Source of the DNA: Gnetum montanum
Taxonomy: Eukaryota > Plantae > Gnetophyta
Reading direction: 5' to 3'
DNA length: 64,000 nt
Assembly: GCA_015680685.1 (NCBI GenBank)
Contig: MNCI01003473.1
Span: forward strand, 13,293-77,292
The notes beneath the pieces were generated by a model that searched no databases, was not told the DNA's origin, and was given only the letters and a program-made list of their open reading frames with translations. The position numbers and the translations under genes were made by a program. This document shows positions 1-13,435 of the stretch, piece by piece. How positions within the stretch are numbered: position 1 is the first letter of the stretch; each line of letters starts with the position of its first letter.

Positions 1-1377
1 GCTGCTTCAGCGTTGCTCCATTCCAAGCGTTCCTTCCAGATCCCCTTCATTGTTGCATGATTGCCATCTGCACACACAACATAATCTTTTATTATCAAGG
101 GTAGATGAATTTCAATCTAGTTGATACCTTGCTTCGATGTAAGTCCATTGGCTAGGTTGTGGTATGGCTAATTGCAGATCTGGAGATGTATTAATAGTAA
201 CTACTGAAGGTGTAGGAGTTAGGAAAGAAATAAAAAAAAATCGGGGCTAGGAGAAAATTGAAAAAATTGGGCCCCGTACCCCCATGACTAATCGCGAACC
301 TCCAGTAGCGTTAGAGTGGAGAAAGAAAAGGAATAAGAAAGATAGATAAAAAGGGACAAGTATGACATCGATGAAATGGATGTTAAGATGGAAATGAACA
401 AAATAAAATNNNNNNNNNNNNNNNNNNNNNNNNNNNNNNNNNNNNNNNNNNNNNNNNNNNNNNNNNNNNNNNNNNNNNNNNNNNNNNNNNNNNNNNNNNN
501 NNNNNNNNNNNNNNNNNNNNNNNNNNNNNNNNNNNNNNNNNNNNNNNNNNNNNNNNNNNNNNNNNNNNNNNNNNNNNNNNNNNNNNNNNNNNNNNNNNNN
601 NNNNNNNNNNNNNNNNNNNNNNNNNNNNNNNNNNNNNNNNNNNNNNNNNNNNNNNNNNNNNNNNNNNNNNNNNNNNNNNNNNNNNNNNNNNNNNNNNNNN
701 NNNNNNNNNNNNNNNNNNNNNNNNNNNNNNNNNNNNNNNNNNNNNNNNNNNNNNNNNNNNNNNNNNNNNNNNNNNNNNNNNNNNNNNNNNNNNNNNNNNN
801 NNNNNNNNNNNNNNNNNNNNNNNNNNNNNNNNNNNNNNNNNNNNNNNNNNNNNNNNNNNNNNNNNNNNNNNNNNNNNNNNNNNNNNNNNNNNNNNNNNNN
901 NNNNNNNNNNNNNNNNNNNNNNNNNNNNNNNNNNNNNNNNNNNNNNNNNNNNNNNNNNNNNNNNNNNNNNNNNNNNNNNNNNNNNNNNNNNNNNNNNNNN
1001 NNNNNNNNNNNNNNNNNNNNNNNNNNNNNNNNNNNNNNNNNNNNNNNNNNNNNNNNNNNNNNNNNNNNNNNNNNNNNNNNNNNNNNNNNNNNNNNNNNNN
1101 NNNNNNNNNNNNNNNNNNNNNNNNNNNNNNNNNNNNNNNNNNNNNNNNNNNNNNNNNNNNNNNNNNNNNNNNNNNNNNNNNNNNNNNNNNNNNNNNNNNN
1201 NNNNNNNNNNNNNNNNNNNNNNNNNNNNNNNNNATCATGACTTAAAGGTAAAAACCAAACATTAGCAATCAATATGAAAATAGTTCATACCATCAGGAAG
1301 AACACTTATTGGGTGATGAACTTACACGGTGGATCACACACACACAAACACACAAAAAGTAAAAAAGTATAACGATG

Positions 1378-1600
1378 TTGAAAAACAAAAACAAGAAAAG
1401 TTAAAGAAATTTGTAAAACAAAAACAAGAAAGTTTAAAGAAATTTGTAAGAAAAAAACAAGAAAGTTTAAAGAAATTTGTAAAACAAAAATAAGAAAAGT
1501 TAAAGAAATTTGTAAAACAAAAATGTGTAAGACAAAAACGTGTAAAACAAAAATGTGTAAAACAAAAACGTGAAAAACAAAAATGTGTAAAATAAAAACT
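1378..1600. repeat. Tandem array of ~33-bp and ~15-bp A-rich units in A1 3' UTR
   Basis: Repeats of aaaacaaaaacaagaaagtttaaagaaatttgt followed by aaaacaaaaatgtgt. A shorter version is in A2 at 36820-36900. Confidence 0.85.
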
Positions 1601-1658
1601 AAAAAGAACTGAGGGCCTCCAATTGTTAGCATAGGTGGCCATCTCCCCCATGACTGAA

Positions 1659-4600
1659 TTACAAGGGAGAGATCCAAAATAATGAGCATCTATTTGAATT
1701 CTGTAAAAGTGTCCAACTTATTCCCACTGATGTTCTTAGATTAAGGGGTGGAAGTTGGCGATGCTCATACTTCAATGTATCTATGCCTCCATTGTTAACA
1801 TGAGTTGTTTCCTCAGTTCGTTTCGTGCATATTGGTTTGCTCTTTCTAGTAGCTATCAACCACGGGGTGTCTACTACTTGTGTGGTTGCTACATACAAGC
1901 ACCTTTGAATTTGTAATTCTTGGGCACATCGATTACATGGAAGAGATGCTAAACATTCTTCCATGTCATCACCCTCTGAGTCACTGTATGTGATGCACGA
2001 AAATTTCTTCTTCTCAATCTTTCCATAAATATTTATCTTAGATATATGCAAGGAAAGATCGTGGATCCCTAGGTACACATCTACTATACTTAGCCATGGC
2101 CTTCCCATTATAATTGGAGAGCCCCCTTCGTTGTTGTTAACCTCTATCACTAGGAAGTCAGCTGGGTAGGATCAACCACACACAGTGGTAACAATGTCCT
2201 CCACCAATCCCAAGGGAATGGTGATGGACTGGTCTGCCAGCTCTAGTCGGATGATGCTCTTCTTAAGTTGGGGCAAGTTCCAGGCTTGATACATCTCTCG
2301 TGATATTAAATTGACTCTGGAACCTGAGTTAAGAAGAGCCTTATGTGGTTCATTCTCTGTGATTTGTAAATAGATTAAGGGGCTTCCAGGATCAGTTAGT
2401 TTCCTGGGAAGGTGGCCTACCTTGATCCAGTTGGTTACGGTATGCATTAACATAACCGTATGCATACAACTCTGTTGTTGGACTAAAGGGTGCTCCGAAG
2501 TTTTAAATGGTGGAGGAGTGTACATGGGATCAATTGCTTGTTGTTGTGAAAGCTTGTCTGGGCTTTTGGTTTTGAAGAAAGGTCTTCTTTTTTTACAGTT
2601 GTCAGAACTAGCAGTGGGTTGAATGTTTACTACTCTCATAGTGTGGCGTTGCTGCGATTGAGTGGGGAATTCCCCTTGCATTGTTGGAGTAGGAGGTGTT
2701 GTGGGAACTACCGGTGGAAGAGGTGCAGATGGAGTTGGAGGATGGTAAGTATGTGGGGTGCCTCCCAGCGGAGAAAGAGTCCTCCTAAAGTACTCCCAAA
2801 CTTGGTAGTGATGTTGGGGAGTTGTGTGACTCATAGAGTCACTTGGAGAAACTGGCTGCTGCACATAATAGCCATAAGGATCAGGTTTCCGGTAAGGGTA
2901 CTGTTGTGTCGACGGTGGCATCCCCCATGACTATGGGTATTGCCACTACTGATGCTATTCGATGGATTGTGGTGGAGTTCCACTTGGATAGTACGTTAAC
3001 GGTTGGTGGAACTGCCTTGGATTACCTTGGGGATAAGGTAACCTTCGGGGTGCTTGCCGTTGGTTGAGTCTTGGGTTAAGTGCATACACCCCAGACTTCT
3101 ATAGATGTGAGATGATTGGACAACATCCCTTGGGATGATCATAATGGTAGATCTCACATCCACTGTCATCGTCTGTGTCTGAATCCACAACTTCATTGGA
3201 GATAGTAATTTTCCCCTTACCCTTGTTATGTGCAGGGCCTGAATTTCTCCGCTTTGTCTTACCTTTGTCACTACTTCGTTCCTCCTTAGACTCCTCTACA
3301 ATTTTCAAGATAGTTTCAAGTCTAGAGTCTAAGGAATCCCACAATTGATCCATCTTAGCCGATACTTTTGTTGTTATTTTTTGAATCGGCAAGGTTTTTC
3401 TGTTCACCAACTCTTCAAGTGGTGACTCATCCTCATCATCGCAAAATTTCACTCCCTTCTTTCGAAGGGAGGAATCACAGTTGTATTCTCCTGTACTCTC
3501 TCTTTTTCATAGCTCACCTTCTTCTTTTGCTACTTGTTCCAAAAAGCGATGAACATCATGGGCTCTAAGTTCTGATAATCTCCCTTGGGCATAAGTCCCA
3601 AGGGTTCTTCTAGTTTCATGCCTTAGCCCATCNNNNNNNNNNNNNNNNNNNNNNNNNNNNNNNNNNNNNNNNNNNNNNNNNNNNNNNNNNNNNNNNNNNN
3701 NNNNNNNNNNNNNNNNNNNNNNNNNNNNNNNNNNNNNNNNNNNNNNNNNNNNNNNNNNNNNNNNNNNNNNNNNNNNNAGTGTTTGCCACTCGTTCTCTAT
3801 GTTCTGCAAGGTACAGGCATTGTGGAATGCCTATAAATGATGCTGCAGATCAATGTTGTACCCCCCTTCAAAGCATGGGATATTGTTCATGTCTTTGCTT
3901 GATCCGACTATCCTTTTGATGCCTTTTTGGAATTCTTACTACCTCCGTTATGTCGAGCATACTTCGGGTTGCACGTAGGGGCTTGTCATGATCATCTCTT
4001 TCATGATGCATGTGATGTCTTCGTTGTTTCTAACTTTTCCTTTGTTCATGCCCTTGTTCTCTCTCTCGACTTTCCCATTGAGGTCTCTCATTTTGTCTAC
4101 CCCTATCCTCATCGTTATGTTCATGATGGCTACGCCCAGATGTGGAAGGAGAGGGTGAGTGATGAGATGAAGGAGAAGAAGAAGGAGAACCATCGTCATG
4201 ACGATGCTTCCTACCTTCTCTTCAGCTGCTACAGCCCTGATCGTGATGACGATCTAAGTGCCCATCCTTATCATGAGTTGTTGTTCCCTCTATGAACAGT
4301 TGGCGTTCACGGGGATCAAAACTAATGTTATGTATCATTGATCATAGGTTCTGATACCCAACCTCCTCACCATCATTAGGAGGGGGAACATCATTTGTTA
4401 GAGAACTCGTTATAATGGGTCCATCATCTCCTATTTCGCTAAGGATGTGCGGGCCTTTGCCCTTCAACAATGTATGTTGGCTCTCCTGCCTTGAGTCCCT
4501 CATACGTTGTGTAGCTATGGGATAATAATCGCTCGTGTCAAAATCTTCCGCAACGTATTCAGCATATAATTCTGTCATGCCAATCTGTGGCAAAGCATGG

Positions 4601-4845
4601 AGAAGCATGTTAGGGATTGATCGATATGGGGGTAACACGATGTTACCTTGCAAATATCTCCATCGTAGCTATTTGTCTTGATGGAGGATAAAGGTAAAGT
4701 TTGGAATATACTCATCGGGATGAGTATAGACTATCCGGTATTGTTGAGGATTTGGCTGATTTTGGTTATGTGTTTTTGATTGCCGACTGTTTCGTGTATG
4801 GTCCTTAGGTGGTGAGTTGCTCTTATGAGAAGAAGAAGAAGACAT
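1659..4845 (-). pseudogene. A1 gag-protease, disrupted
   Basis: Gag remnants (DGLRHETRRTLGTYAQG) and protease (KLTDPGSP...ALLNSGSRVNLI...LELADQS...GLVEDI; PIIMGRPWL). Confidence 0.85.
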
Positions 4846-4967
4846 AGTGTTTTATCGGTGTGCTATTTACCATTCTATAAATTTTTCTTTAATTAACCCG
4901 AAGGTTCGTTTAGGCTCTCAACGATGTGAGTGATATCCTATATTCTATTCAGCACACAAACACTTAA

Positions 4968-4985
4968 TCCCCGGCAATGGTGCCA
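4968..4985 (-). promoter_or_regulatory. Primer-binding site, tRNA-Asp type (A1)
   Basis: Minus strand reads TGGCACCATTGCCGGGGA, 1 nt after the LTR end. This is the Athila-type TGGCGCCGTTGCCGGGGA with G>A decay. Confidence 0.9.
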
Positions 4986-4986
4986 A

Positions 4987-5636
4987 TGATGAGTAGCGAG
5001 ATACCCCTACACTCAACCATACGAATACGAGTGTAGCATGTGCGATCTGGTCGAACTCCGTAGACTAAGTGCCTACACACCCATGGAACACTTAGGGTTA
5101 ATCATTCATTGTCTTCCTAGACTTACTTGTAGTTGTCACAATGTATGGTTAAGTAAGTTTGAGGTATATGATTTGTATGATTTTTATGTTTTTGTCTCCT
5201 ATNAGTGGTCGTACTGAGGCACTTAACTAGGAGAGAAGGGTTGAGAGAGAAAGCAGTAAATAATAGATAATAAATAACAAGTAATAAATAACAGTAAATA
5301 AAATCCTAATTAGCCTATTCCATGCACTGCAAGGTTTATCCAAGAAGCTCGTCTTTATTTCTGTACATAAACTTGTGTTTAGGTACAATGTTTGCTCGAA
5401 TAAAGTTCCGTGCACTTTAGGACTCCTACTGCGGGCACATGGAAAATATTCTATCTCTGGAGTGATCAATCTGCTAGAGTTTCCCTACTATCTAGCCTAG
5501 GATGAGGAAACAAGGGAGAGCCGCCTCTTATTTATAGATATGACGGTGCACCACGATATCACGAGGGATGCGATATCACGACGGCCGCGATATCGCATAC
5601 GCTATATCGTGGCCCATGCAATATCGTGTCCCATCA
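4987..5636 (-). repeat. A1 5' LTR
   Basis: TGATG/CATCA termini, CGATATCG palindrome cluster at 5550-5630, TATA-like TATAAATA on minus near 5530. One N at 5203 may hide a gap. Confidence 0.9.
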
Positions 5637-6180
5637 ATATGTCTACATAATCATTTTTTCAAATTAATTTGTGAACCTTTCTAGTATAAAATGAACCTCC
5701 TTACTAAGAGAAAGGATAACAATTCATATCCCAAGGGAACCATGTAATTTTGAAGCAAGTTTTCTATTTTTCCAAAGAATTATCAAAGGAGCTAGTTAAA
5801 CTTTGTTGTAACAATAAACTATTGGACTCCATCGATGGGCTATTAAGGTTGTTGCGCTATGAAGATAGTGAGGTAGAAGCATAGATTGGGTGATATCTTC
5901 CTTGTGCTCTTTAAAAAATATATTTTATATTTAATGGCTTCAAAGTTAATTTAATCATTAAATTCCATTCTTAAACTTAAGCTAGAGGTTAGGGTGAGAA
6001 ATTACAATTTAGTTTATGAGTGACAGTCATAAGTATGGGGTTTACTTGGAATTTAATTTAATTATTTATTTGTCTGGATGATTTCTTTGACTTTCAACTA
6101 TCTGTCCACAGATATAACTCATGGGTTAGTCATAGACAGGGTGACATTCCTACAATGAAGGTAATCTAGCCTTGAATTTT
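5637..6180 (+). repeat. Element B 5' LTR remnant (interrupted by A1)
   Basis: Aligns by eye with 47458-47990, e.g. gtgacattcctacaatgaaggtaatctagc occurs in both. Confidence 0.8.
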
Positions 6181-6611
6181 AGCTTATTCTACCAAAACAA
6201 CATTACAAGTTTGATGTACGAGGACATGATGATTTATAAATCAATCTAAGTTGCTTAGGATAATGAGTTTTAACAAAAAAAAAATCAATTCAGGTCATGG
6301 TTAATAGGTTTTGTGAGAAACTTAACAATGACCTTAATCAATTAATATTTATAGTATTAATATGGGTAAGAGTTACATGGATCGGTACATCCTTGTCTTA
6401 CTAACATCTCATGTAATTGATAAATCTTGATTAGGCATAATAAGATTAGTTAATGATATTCATGAATGAATTTTATTGGTTGGTGGGATATCTTAGACAT
6501 ATGGTGCATGTAGTGATGATCAATGATTTTCTCTATCATGGCTTCACGGTTCATCATCAACTTCATGTTGTAGTTGGGCCATGGTTATGAATGGCCCTTA
6601 GGTCATGGTTT

Positions 6612-7199
6612 GCTTTGATACCAATTATGACATCCTGCTCCCAGATGTCATGAAAAATGTCAAATATATGTTATATTAGACATTATGCATAAGAATATAA
6701 GATACCAAGTGACAAGTATATGTAACACTCGACATTATGCATAAAGAAAATAATAGGAAAAATGTAGAAGGAAAAAGAGAAGAATGTTTTATTAATTTAG
6801 AATGATACATCTGAATCATGCTTTGAGAGTGTTCCTTGGGGTTTTCTTTCTTTGAAATCTATCCCTTAGAGGCAATCCAACACTACCACCATGGTTAGGC
6901 CCATAACTCGACTAGAAGGGATGGCAAGTCCACTTCCTATTTCACTTCATTTGGCTTTTGTGACTTGCTTGTACCAGCTATGCCACTCCATGTTGGCTTG
7001 ACCTCTAAGCTCAAGTATAAATGCCTTAGGTCAAACCTCCAAAGGTTACCTCAAGAGACATGTTTGTTATTACAACATGCCCTTTTGAGTCTTAATTACA
7101 AATTCCCTTTCGGGTCTTGTTATGATAACACTAACACTTGTTATGAAGAGGGACCATCTTAGTTATGTAGTAGCATCATTTGGAAATGGGGATGTGACA
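6612..7199 (-). mobile_element. Orphan LTR (6626-7199) with tRNA-iMet PBS from an unrelated LTR family
   Basis: Minus strand TGTCACATCC...GGATGTCATA followed by AT-TGGTATCAAAGC. Confidence 0.7.
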
Positions 7200-8449
7200 T
7201 TAAGGGTTTGGTATGCTTTTATTATTTTTTTCAGTTAGTTTTCTTTTTGAATTTAGAGTTACTCTTCACCAACAAAAGGTACATGTTCTTTCTTTTATAT
7301 TTCTATTTTGTATTTTTAGCAATGGTTTTTTTAATTGTTTTCATGTAAAAGGAAAAATAAGAAAATTTAAAATGAGGAAAAAGTACTAGAGAAGTTGCAA
7401 GAGTTAGTCCCTTTAGTTTCTAAGACTGAAGAAAGTTATACGAAAACTACAATTAAAGTCATAGTTATAAGTGCAATAAAAAATATTTGTAAGTTCCTAC
7501 GACTTATTGCTCATGAATATGCTAGGGAAGGGTTCACTTGTTAATTTTAATAACATCAAATAAGTAACCTAAGAACCCAACTTGAATATGATTGTGAGGA
7601 ATATCAAAAGTTATTACAAATGTACTATAGCAACTGACTTAGAACATATTCCAAAATATCCTAAATAAGAACAAATTAGTCTTGAAGAGGATGAATAAAA
7701 AAGTCAAAAATAAAAATAAAAATTCCACTAGTATCCCTATAAATTTTCAAAACTCCCATGACTCCCATAAATCAAAGAGTGTGAACTAGTAATGAAGATG
7801 AATATCACTTAACTTAATCAGCTAGGAAAAGATAAGAATTCATTCTAAATAACACAAGGAAAATTAATGAAATTTTAGCTAGCACATAAGTTTAACTTAA
7901 TGAGTTCAAGCTTTAGAACAAATTTTACTATCTCCTATCATAGAAGAACTAGATAACGAGGAAATTGAACTTGAAAATCCATAGAAATTTTTGAACTAAG
8001 TGAATTAGAAACACAATTTTCATTTTCAATAGCATTTAATCCACTCTTGGATATCTTAAACATCATAATGGAAATAAAAAATCTAGTTATAGTTGTTGTT
8101 TTCCAAAATCCTAACCTTACCCAAATATTAAGTCATATGGCCACTTTAGAAGGTACTACTCAATCGATAAGTGTCTTAAATTTTCAAACTTCTCTTACCT
8201 TAATATCCACCTTTGTTTCAATACCAAGTCCAATTTTGATTCCAACATTAGGTACTTCATTTATAATTAAATCTCCTTCATATCATATACCTCTTACAAC
8301 CTCTCAAAGCTTAATTCATCTTTCTTTTGGTAGTGTAAGCTCTAATTTTTCTTTGGGTCAAGTATATCAAGGTCAAACCTTAGGAGATTTAATGAATGAA
8401 AGAAACCTACTATTCCTTAAGGACCATTAGTATTTTTCCTAGGAAGGAA

Positions 8450-11400
8450 TGTAGAAGTTAAAAAATTCCATTAACTACCCATCTTTAGGGAGACTAGCGA
8501 TGAAAACCCGATAATTCATGTAAGAGAATTTGAAACCATGATAACTATCTTAGCACCCCAAGGAGAGGATAGGGTAAAAATGATAGCTTTTAAATACACT
8601 TTAAAAGATAAAGATGATTTTTGGCTCCAAACCTTGAGAACTCAAATAGGCTCATGGGATGAATTTTAGGTAGCATTTATCCAATGCTTCCTCCCTAATG
8701 ATAGGCTGTATACCCTTAGGAAATAACTCAAGAGTTTTACACAAAAAGAAGATGAGGATTATGAAAATGCTTTATATAGATTTAAGAGACTATGTCTTAA
8801 AAATCCAAATTATGGATTTCTAGCCCATCAATTAATTGAATTATTTATAAAAGGGTTATTAACATATTATAGAAAAAATGCAGATTTTGCTTATGGGGGA
8901 AAAATTTTAAATGTTACACTAAAATAAGGTTGGAGAATTATTAATTCTTTAGTAGATTAAAGTAAATTTTGGCCAAAACTTGTTGTCATGCAAAGTGTAA
9001 CTCATCAAACTAAGCAACTAAATAATAAGGTTAATGAATTAAATTAATTAATTAAGAAACAATCTTATTTTGCTTATGAAGAAGTTTGCAATTTGTGTGG
9101 GAACAAGTAGCTTCACACCATAACTTTTCTAGCCTTAGTATATTGTAATGAAAAGGTTCAAGAATTGGTAAGAGCTTTTTAAAAAATTTGAAATCAAAAT
9201 CCTTCTTCATTTAAACCAAGACCATTATACCAAGAACCAGTACCAATTCCTAAAAATAATTACAGACCATTTGGAAATCTAGTTAATGAGCAATTGGATT
9301 GCTTAACCCAGAGTTTAACGACCTTTATTAAAAAAAAAGGTAGTTTGTAGTTTAAACTAGAAGATAATTTTAGGATCTAACTAAAAGTGATTTTCCTTTC
9401 CAACTTGAACCCAACCCCACAAATAAAATAAAGGGAAAAGAACAACTACATTCCATCACTATAAGAAGTGGGATGACTATAGAACCCAAACCTAATATGA
9501 AGGCTAGTTTCAAACACTAAGTTGAGGAAGTACAAATGGAAAGGCTAAACGAAACACCTATATTGGACAAATATGTAAGTGAAGTATAGATGGAAAAAGA
9601 GTTAAGAAGACAACCTTCAATATCTCCCATACCCTCAAGTAGGAAAACAATTTCACCATCATTTCCTAATAGATTTTAAGAAGATTTTTCTACTAAGGTG
9701 CACATTAAGAAAATGTTTAGGGAATCGTACTTGCATATTTCACTTGAGTAGGTTGTAAAGGATACTTCACTCTATGCAAAATATTTAAGGGATTTGTATA
9801 TAAAAAGAAGAAAAGAAAAGATTTCAAGGCAAGTATATTTGTTTGATAATTTATCTCAAATTATACAAAGTTATGAGATTCCAAAATATCAAGACTCAAG
9901 AGTCCCAAATATTCCTTTAAAAATTAATGGCAAAAGTATCAAAAATGCCCTACTAGATCTAGTCACTATCATTAATATTATGCCATGTGCAATGACCAAG
10001 GTTATAGACTTGACAAATATTAGGGAAGTAAATATGTTAATTTCCTTGGCAAATGGTTCAACCATTAAACCTATAGAAATAGTTGAAGATTTGATAGTGG
10101 AAGTAGAAAAAGGAAAATAGACTATAGATTTTGTTGTACTAGAAGTTAAGGATCCATATTGTTTTCCCATTATTCTAGAAAGACATTGGTTAGTAACAAC
10201 TGATGCTATAATCAATTGTAGGTCAGGCCAACTTCAATTAACCTTTGCCAATCTCACTTTTAATATATTTTATAAGACAAAAGAGGATAGAATAAATCAA
10301 GAAATTAAAGAAGCTAGAATGCTTTATTTAATACTAACATCTGTCATGGCGTAGGATAGGAAAACTTTATCACTTAATAATTTTGATGAGGGATCCTTAG
10401 ATTCTATTACTATGGAATAATAGAATCTCATGGATCAAATCTTGAACTTAGGATCAAGAATTATTGGGGATAATATTGAACTATTAACTAGTGACTCTCT
10501 AGAACTTAGGGAAATATCTAATTCCCTTAAGTACATTTTTCTTGATGAGAATAAACCATCAATAATAAACTTTCAATTAACCTTCAATCAAGAACACAAA
10601 TTAATTAACATACTAAAAAGGAAATCCAAGGCATTTGCATGGAGGCATGAGGATCTCCATCATGGAGTCTCACCTAAGATATGTTAACATAATATATACT
10701 TAGAAGACAATGTCAAACCTATTAGAGTTTCTCCTAGGAGAATAAATCCAGTCCTAAAGCAAATCGTTAAGGATGAAATTTCCAAACTTTGGAAGGAAGG
10801 AATTATTTACCTAATAGGTGATAGTGAATAGGTGAGTCCCATTACAGTGGTGCCTAAAAAGGGATGTAAATGGTGAGTTTGTGTAGATTAAAGGAAACTT
10901 AATCAAAGTAATAAAAAGAATAGTTTTCCTCTACCTTATATAAATTAGATTTTGGAAAGGTTAGAAGGGAATAAACATTATTGCTTTGTAGATGGATTTA
11001 GTGGTTATAATTAAGTATCCATTACCTAAAAGATCCATATAAAACAATTTTTACTTGCTCATGTGGTACTTTCGTCTATAGAAAAATGCCTTTTAGTCTT
11101 TGTAATGCACCCACTAGCTTCCAAAGAGCAATGATATCTATTTTCTCTGAAAGGTTAGAGGAATATGTAGAAGTATTTATGGATGAATTTTCATTGTATT
11201 AAGATACTTATGAATAAATGTTAGATCAATTATAATATGTATCGGATAGATGCTTAGAAAAAATTTAAAATTAAGCTAGGAAATGAGTCATTTAATGGTA
11301 ACAAGTAGTGTAGTTTTAGGACACATAATCTCTAAAGAAAAAATTAAAATAAATGTGGAAAAAATAAACGTAATTTTTATACTTCCAGCCCAAACCAATT

Positions 11401-13435
11401 TAAGAACACTTAGATCCTTCTTAGATCATGTTAGATACTATAGGAGGTTTATTAAAGATTTATCAAAAATTGCTAAACCTCTTTATAAACCTTTAGAAAA
11501 AGATATTTCTTTCATATGAATTGATGATTGTCAGGAAGCTTTCATAGAACTTAAGAAAAATATGACTTTTGATTTAGTGCTTAATTTACCCAGTTGGGAT
11601 TTTCTTTTTAACTTAATGTGTGATGCTAGTGATATGGTCGTTGAAGTAGTTTTGGATCAATATATAGAAAATAAGCCTAAGGTAATTTACTATGTTTTAG
11701 AAAGTTTAGGTCAGGCCCTTGTAAATTACATAATTATTGAAAAATAACTTTTATCAATTATTTATACTCTAGATAAGTTTAGACATTACTTAATAGGATA
11801 CATAAATTGGATATACATTGATCATTTAGCCATAAAGTTCCTAGCCAACAACAAGATAGAAAATGCTAGGATTATGAGGTGGTGTCTTCTACTTCAAGAA
11901 TTTGACCTTAAAATCCTAGATAAAAGGGCTAGAAAAAATTTTGTGGCCAATAACCTTTCTATACTTAAAAATTTGGAAGAAAATAGGATAAGAGGATTAT
12001 TTAGTGATAAATTCCCATATGAAAAACTCTTTAAAGTTGAAAAGGATCCATGGTTTGCTTATACAGTAAACTATTTAGCCATAATAAAAATCCCAAATCA
12101 ATGAAGTTAATAAAAAAGAAGTCTTTTCTAAAAGAAGTCTTGAGATACATTTAGAGTAAACCATACCTCTATCGCACATGTAGGGATGAACTGGTGAGAA
12201 AATGTATTATGGAAGAGGAGCAACAAGAAAACCTCCAAATGTGTCATGATGACCTTAGAGGAGGAAATTTTGATAGTTGTATAATAGCTATAAAAATATT
12301 AAAAAGTTGGTTTTATTAGCCTACTATCTTTAAAGATGTTGACACATATGTCCAAGGATGTGATAAGTGTCAACATGTATGGGCAATAACAAAAAGACAA
12401 GAAATGCCACTTAACCCTATTCTAGTAACTAAACCTTTGGATGTTTGTCATATAGATTTTTTTAGGACCATTTCCACCTTCCAATGAATATAAATATATT
12501 ATAGTATGTATAGATTATGTTGCTAAGTGGGTAGAGAATAAAGCTACTCCAATAAATGATGTTAAGGTAGTTGCAGCTTTTCTATGAGCATATCCTAACA
12601 TGATTTGGAACTCCAGGTGCATTCATTAGTGATCATGGAACTCATTTCATAAATAAGATAATGGAAAACTTCCTTAAATCTTATGAAATGCAACATAAGA
12701 TAGCCACTACCTACCATTCTCAAACTAATGGTCAAGTTGAAAATGCTAATAGAATCATCTAAAAAATTTTAACTAAAAGTATTTATGCTAAAAAGAAGGA
12801 TTAACCTAGAAAATTACAAGATGCACTTTGGATCACTTATAAACCAAACTTAAGTTATTCATCCTATCAATTAGTTTATGGTAAATAATGTTTTTTTCCT
12901 GTCGAAATAATATACCAATCTCTAAGATTAGCACATTAACAAAGTTTTGATGAAGAACTTAATCGAAACTTTAGGGTGACCCAACTTCATGAACTTGATG
13001 AATTACACATCAATGCACTTGATAAACAAAGAATAATTAAGAAACAAATGAAGTGTATGCATGATAAAAATGTGCTAAATAAGCAATTTTTGAAAGGAGA
13101 TGAAAGTCTTACTATATAACATGAGACTACATAAATTTTTGGGGAAATTAACAACTTAGTGGAAAGGTCCATACCTAGTATTATAACCCCATAGCAATGG
13201 TAGTATTCGACTTGCACCTATTGAAGACATGTCTAACTTGCTCTTGGTAAATGGTCAAAGAATTAGGCATTATCATCAACATCATTTAGAAGAACCTAGG
13301 GAGGATGAGTTAGTAGAATTAAGTGATCCTAATTATCCTATAGAAGAACCAAAGAATGAGAATGATCAATTAGAGGCCAAAATGATACAGAGTAATTTTA
13401 GTTTAGATAATCAAATACCTTATTCACTAATGTAA
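8450..13435 (+). pseudogene. Element B gag-PR-RT-RNaseH-INT, many stops
   Basis: Gag (HVREF...AFKYTLKDK...SWDEF), PR (KNALLDL), RT (VDGFSGYN; VEVFMDEF), RH (LMCDASD; MRWCLLLQEFD), INT (DYVAKWVE; QTNGQVE). Confidence 0.9.

Larger units (their letters stand above)
1..5636 (-). mobile_element. Family A Athila-like LTR retrotransposon copy A1 (Gag-PR, lacks RT-RH-INT; runs off window start)
   Basis: 5' LTR 4987-5636 with TGATG..CATCA ends and tRNA-Asp PBS. Gag and protease are collinear with A2, and the 3' UTR at 1234-1690 matches A2 36710-37045. Confidence 0.9.

Noticed and set aside
247-1272. Long ORFs spanning N runs (also 32331-32852 and 37039-37554)
   Set aside because: Artefacts of assembly gaps.
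1306-1689. Hydrophobic repetitive ORFs resembling membrane proteins
   Set aside because: They are translations of the 15/33-bp minisatellite.
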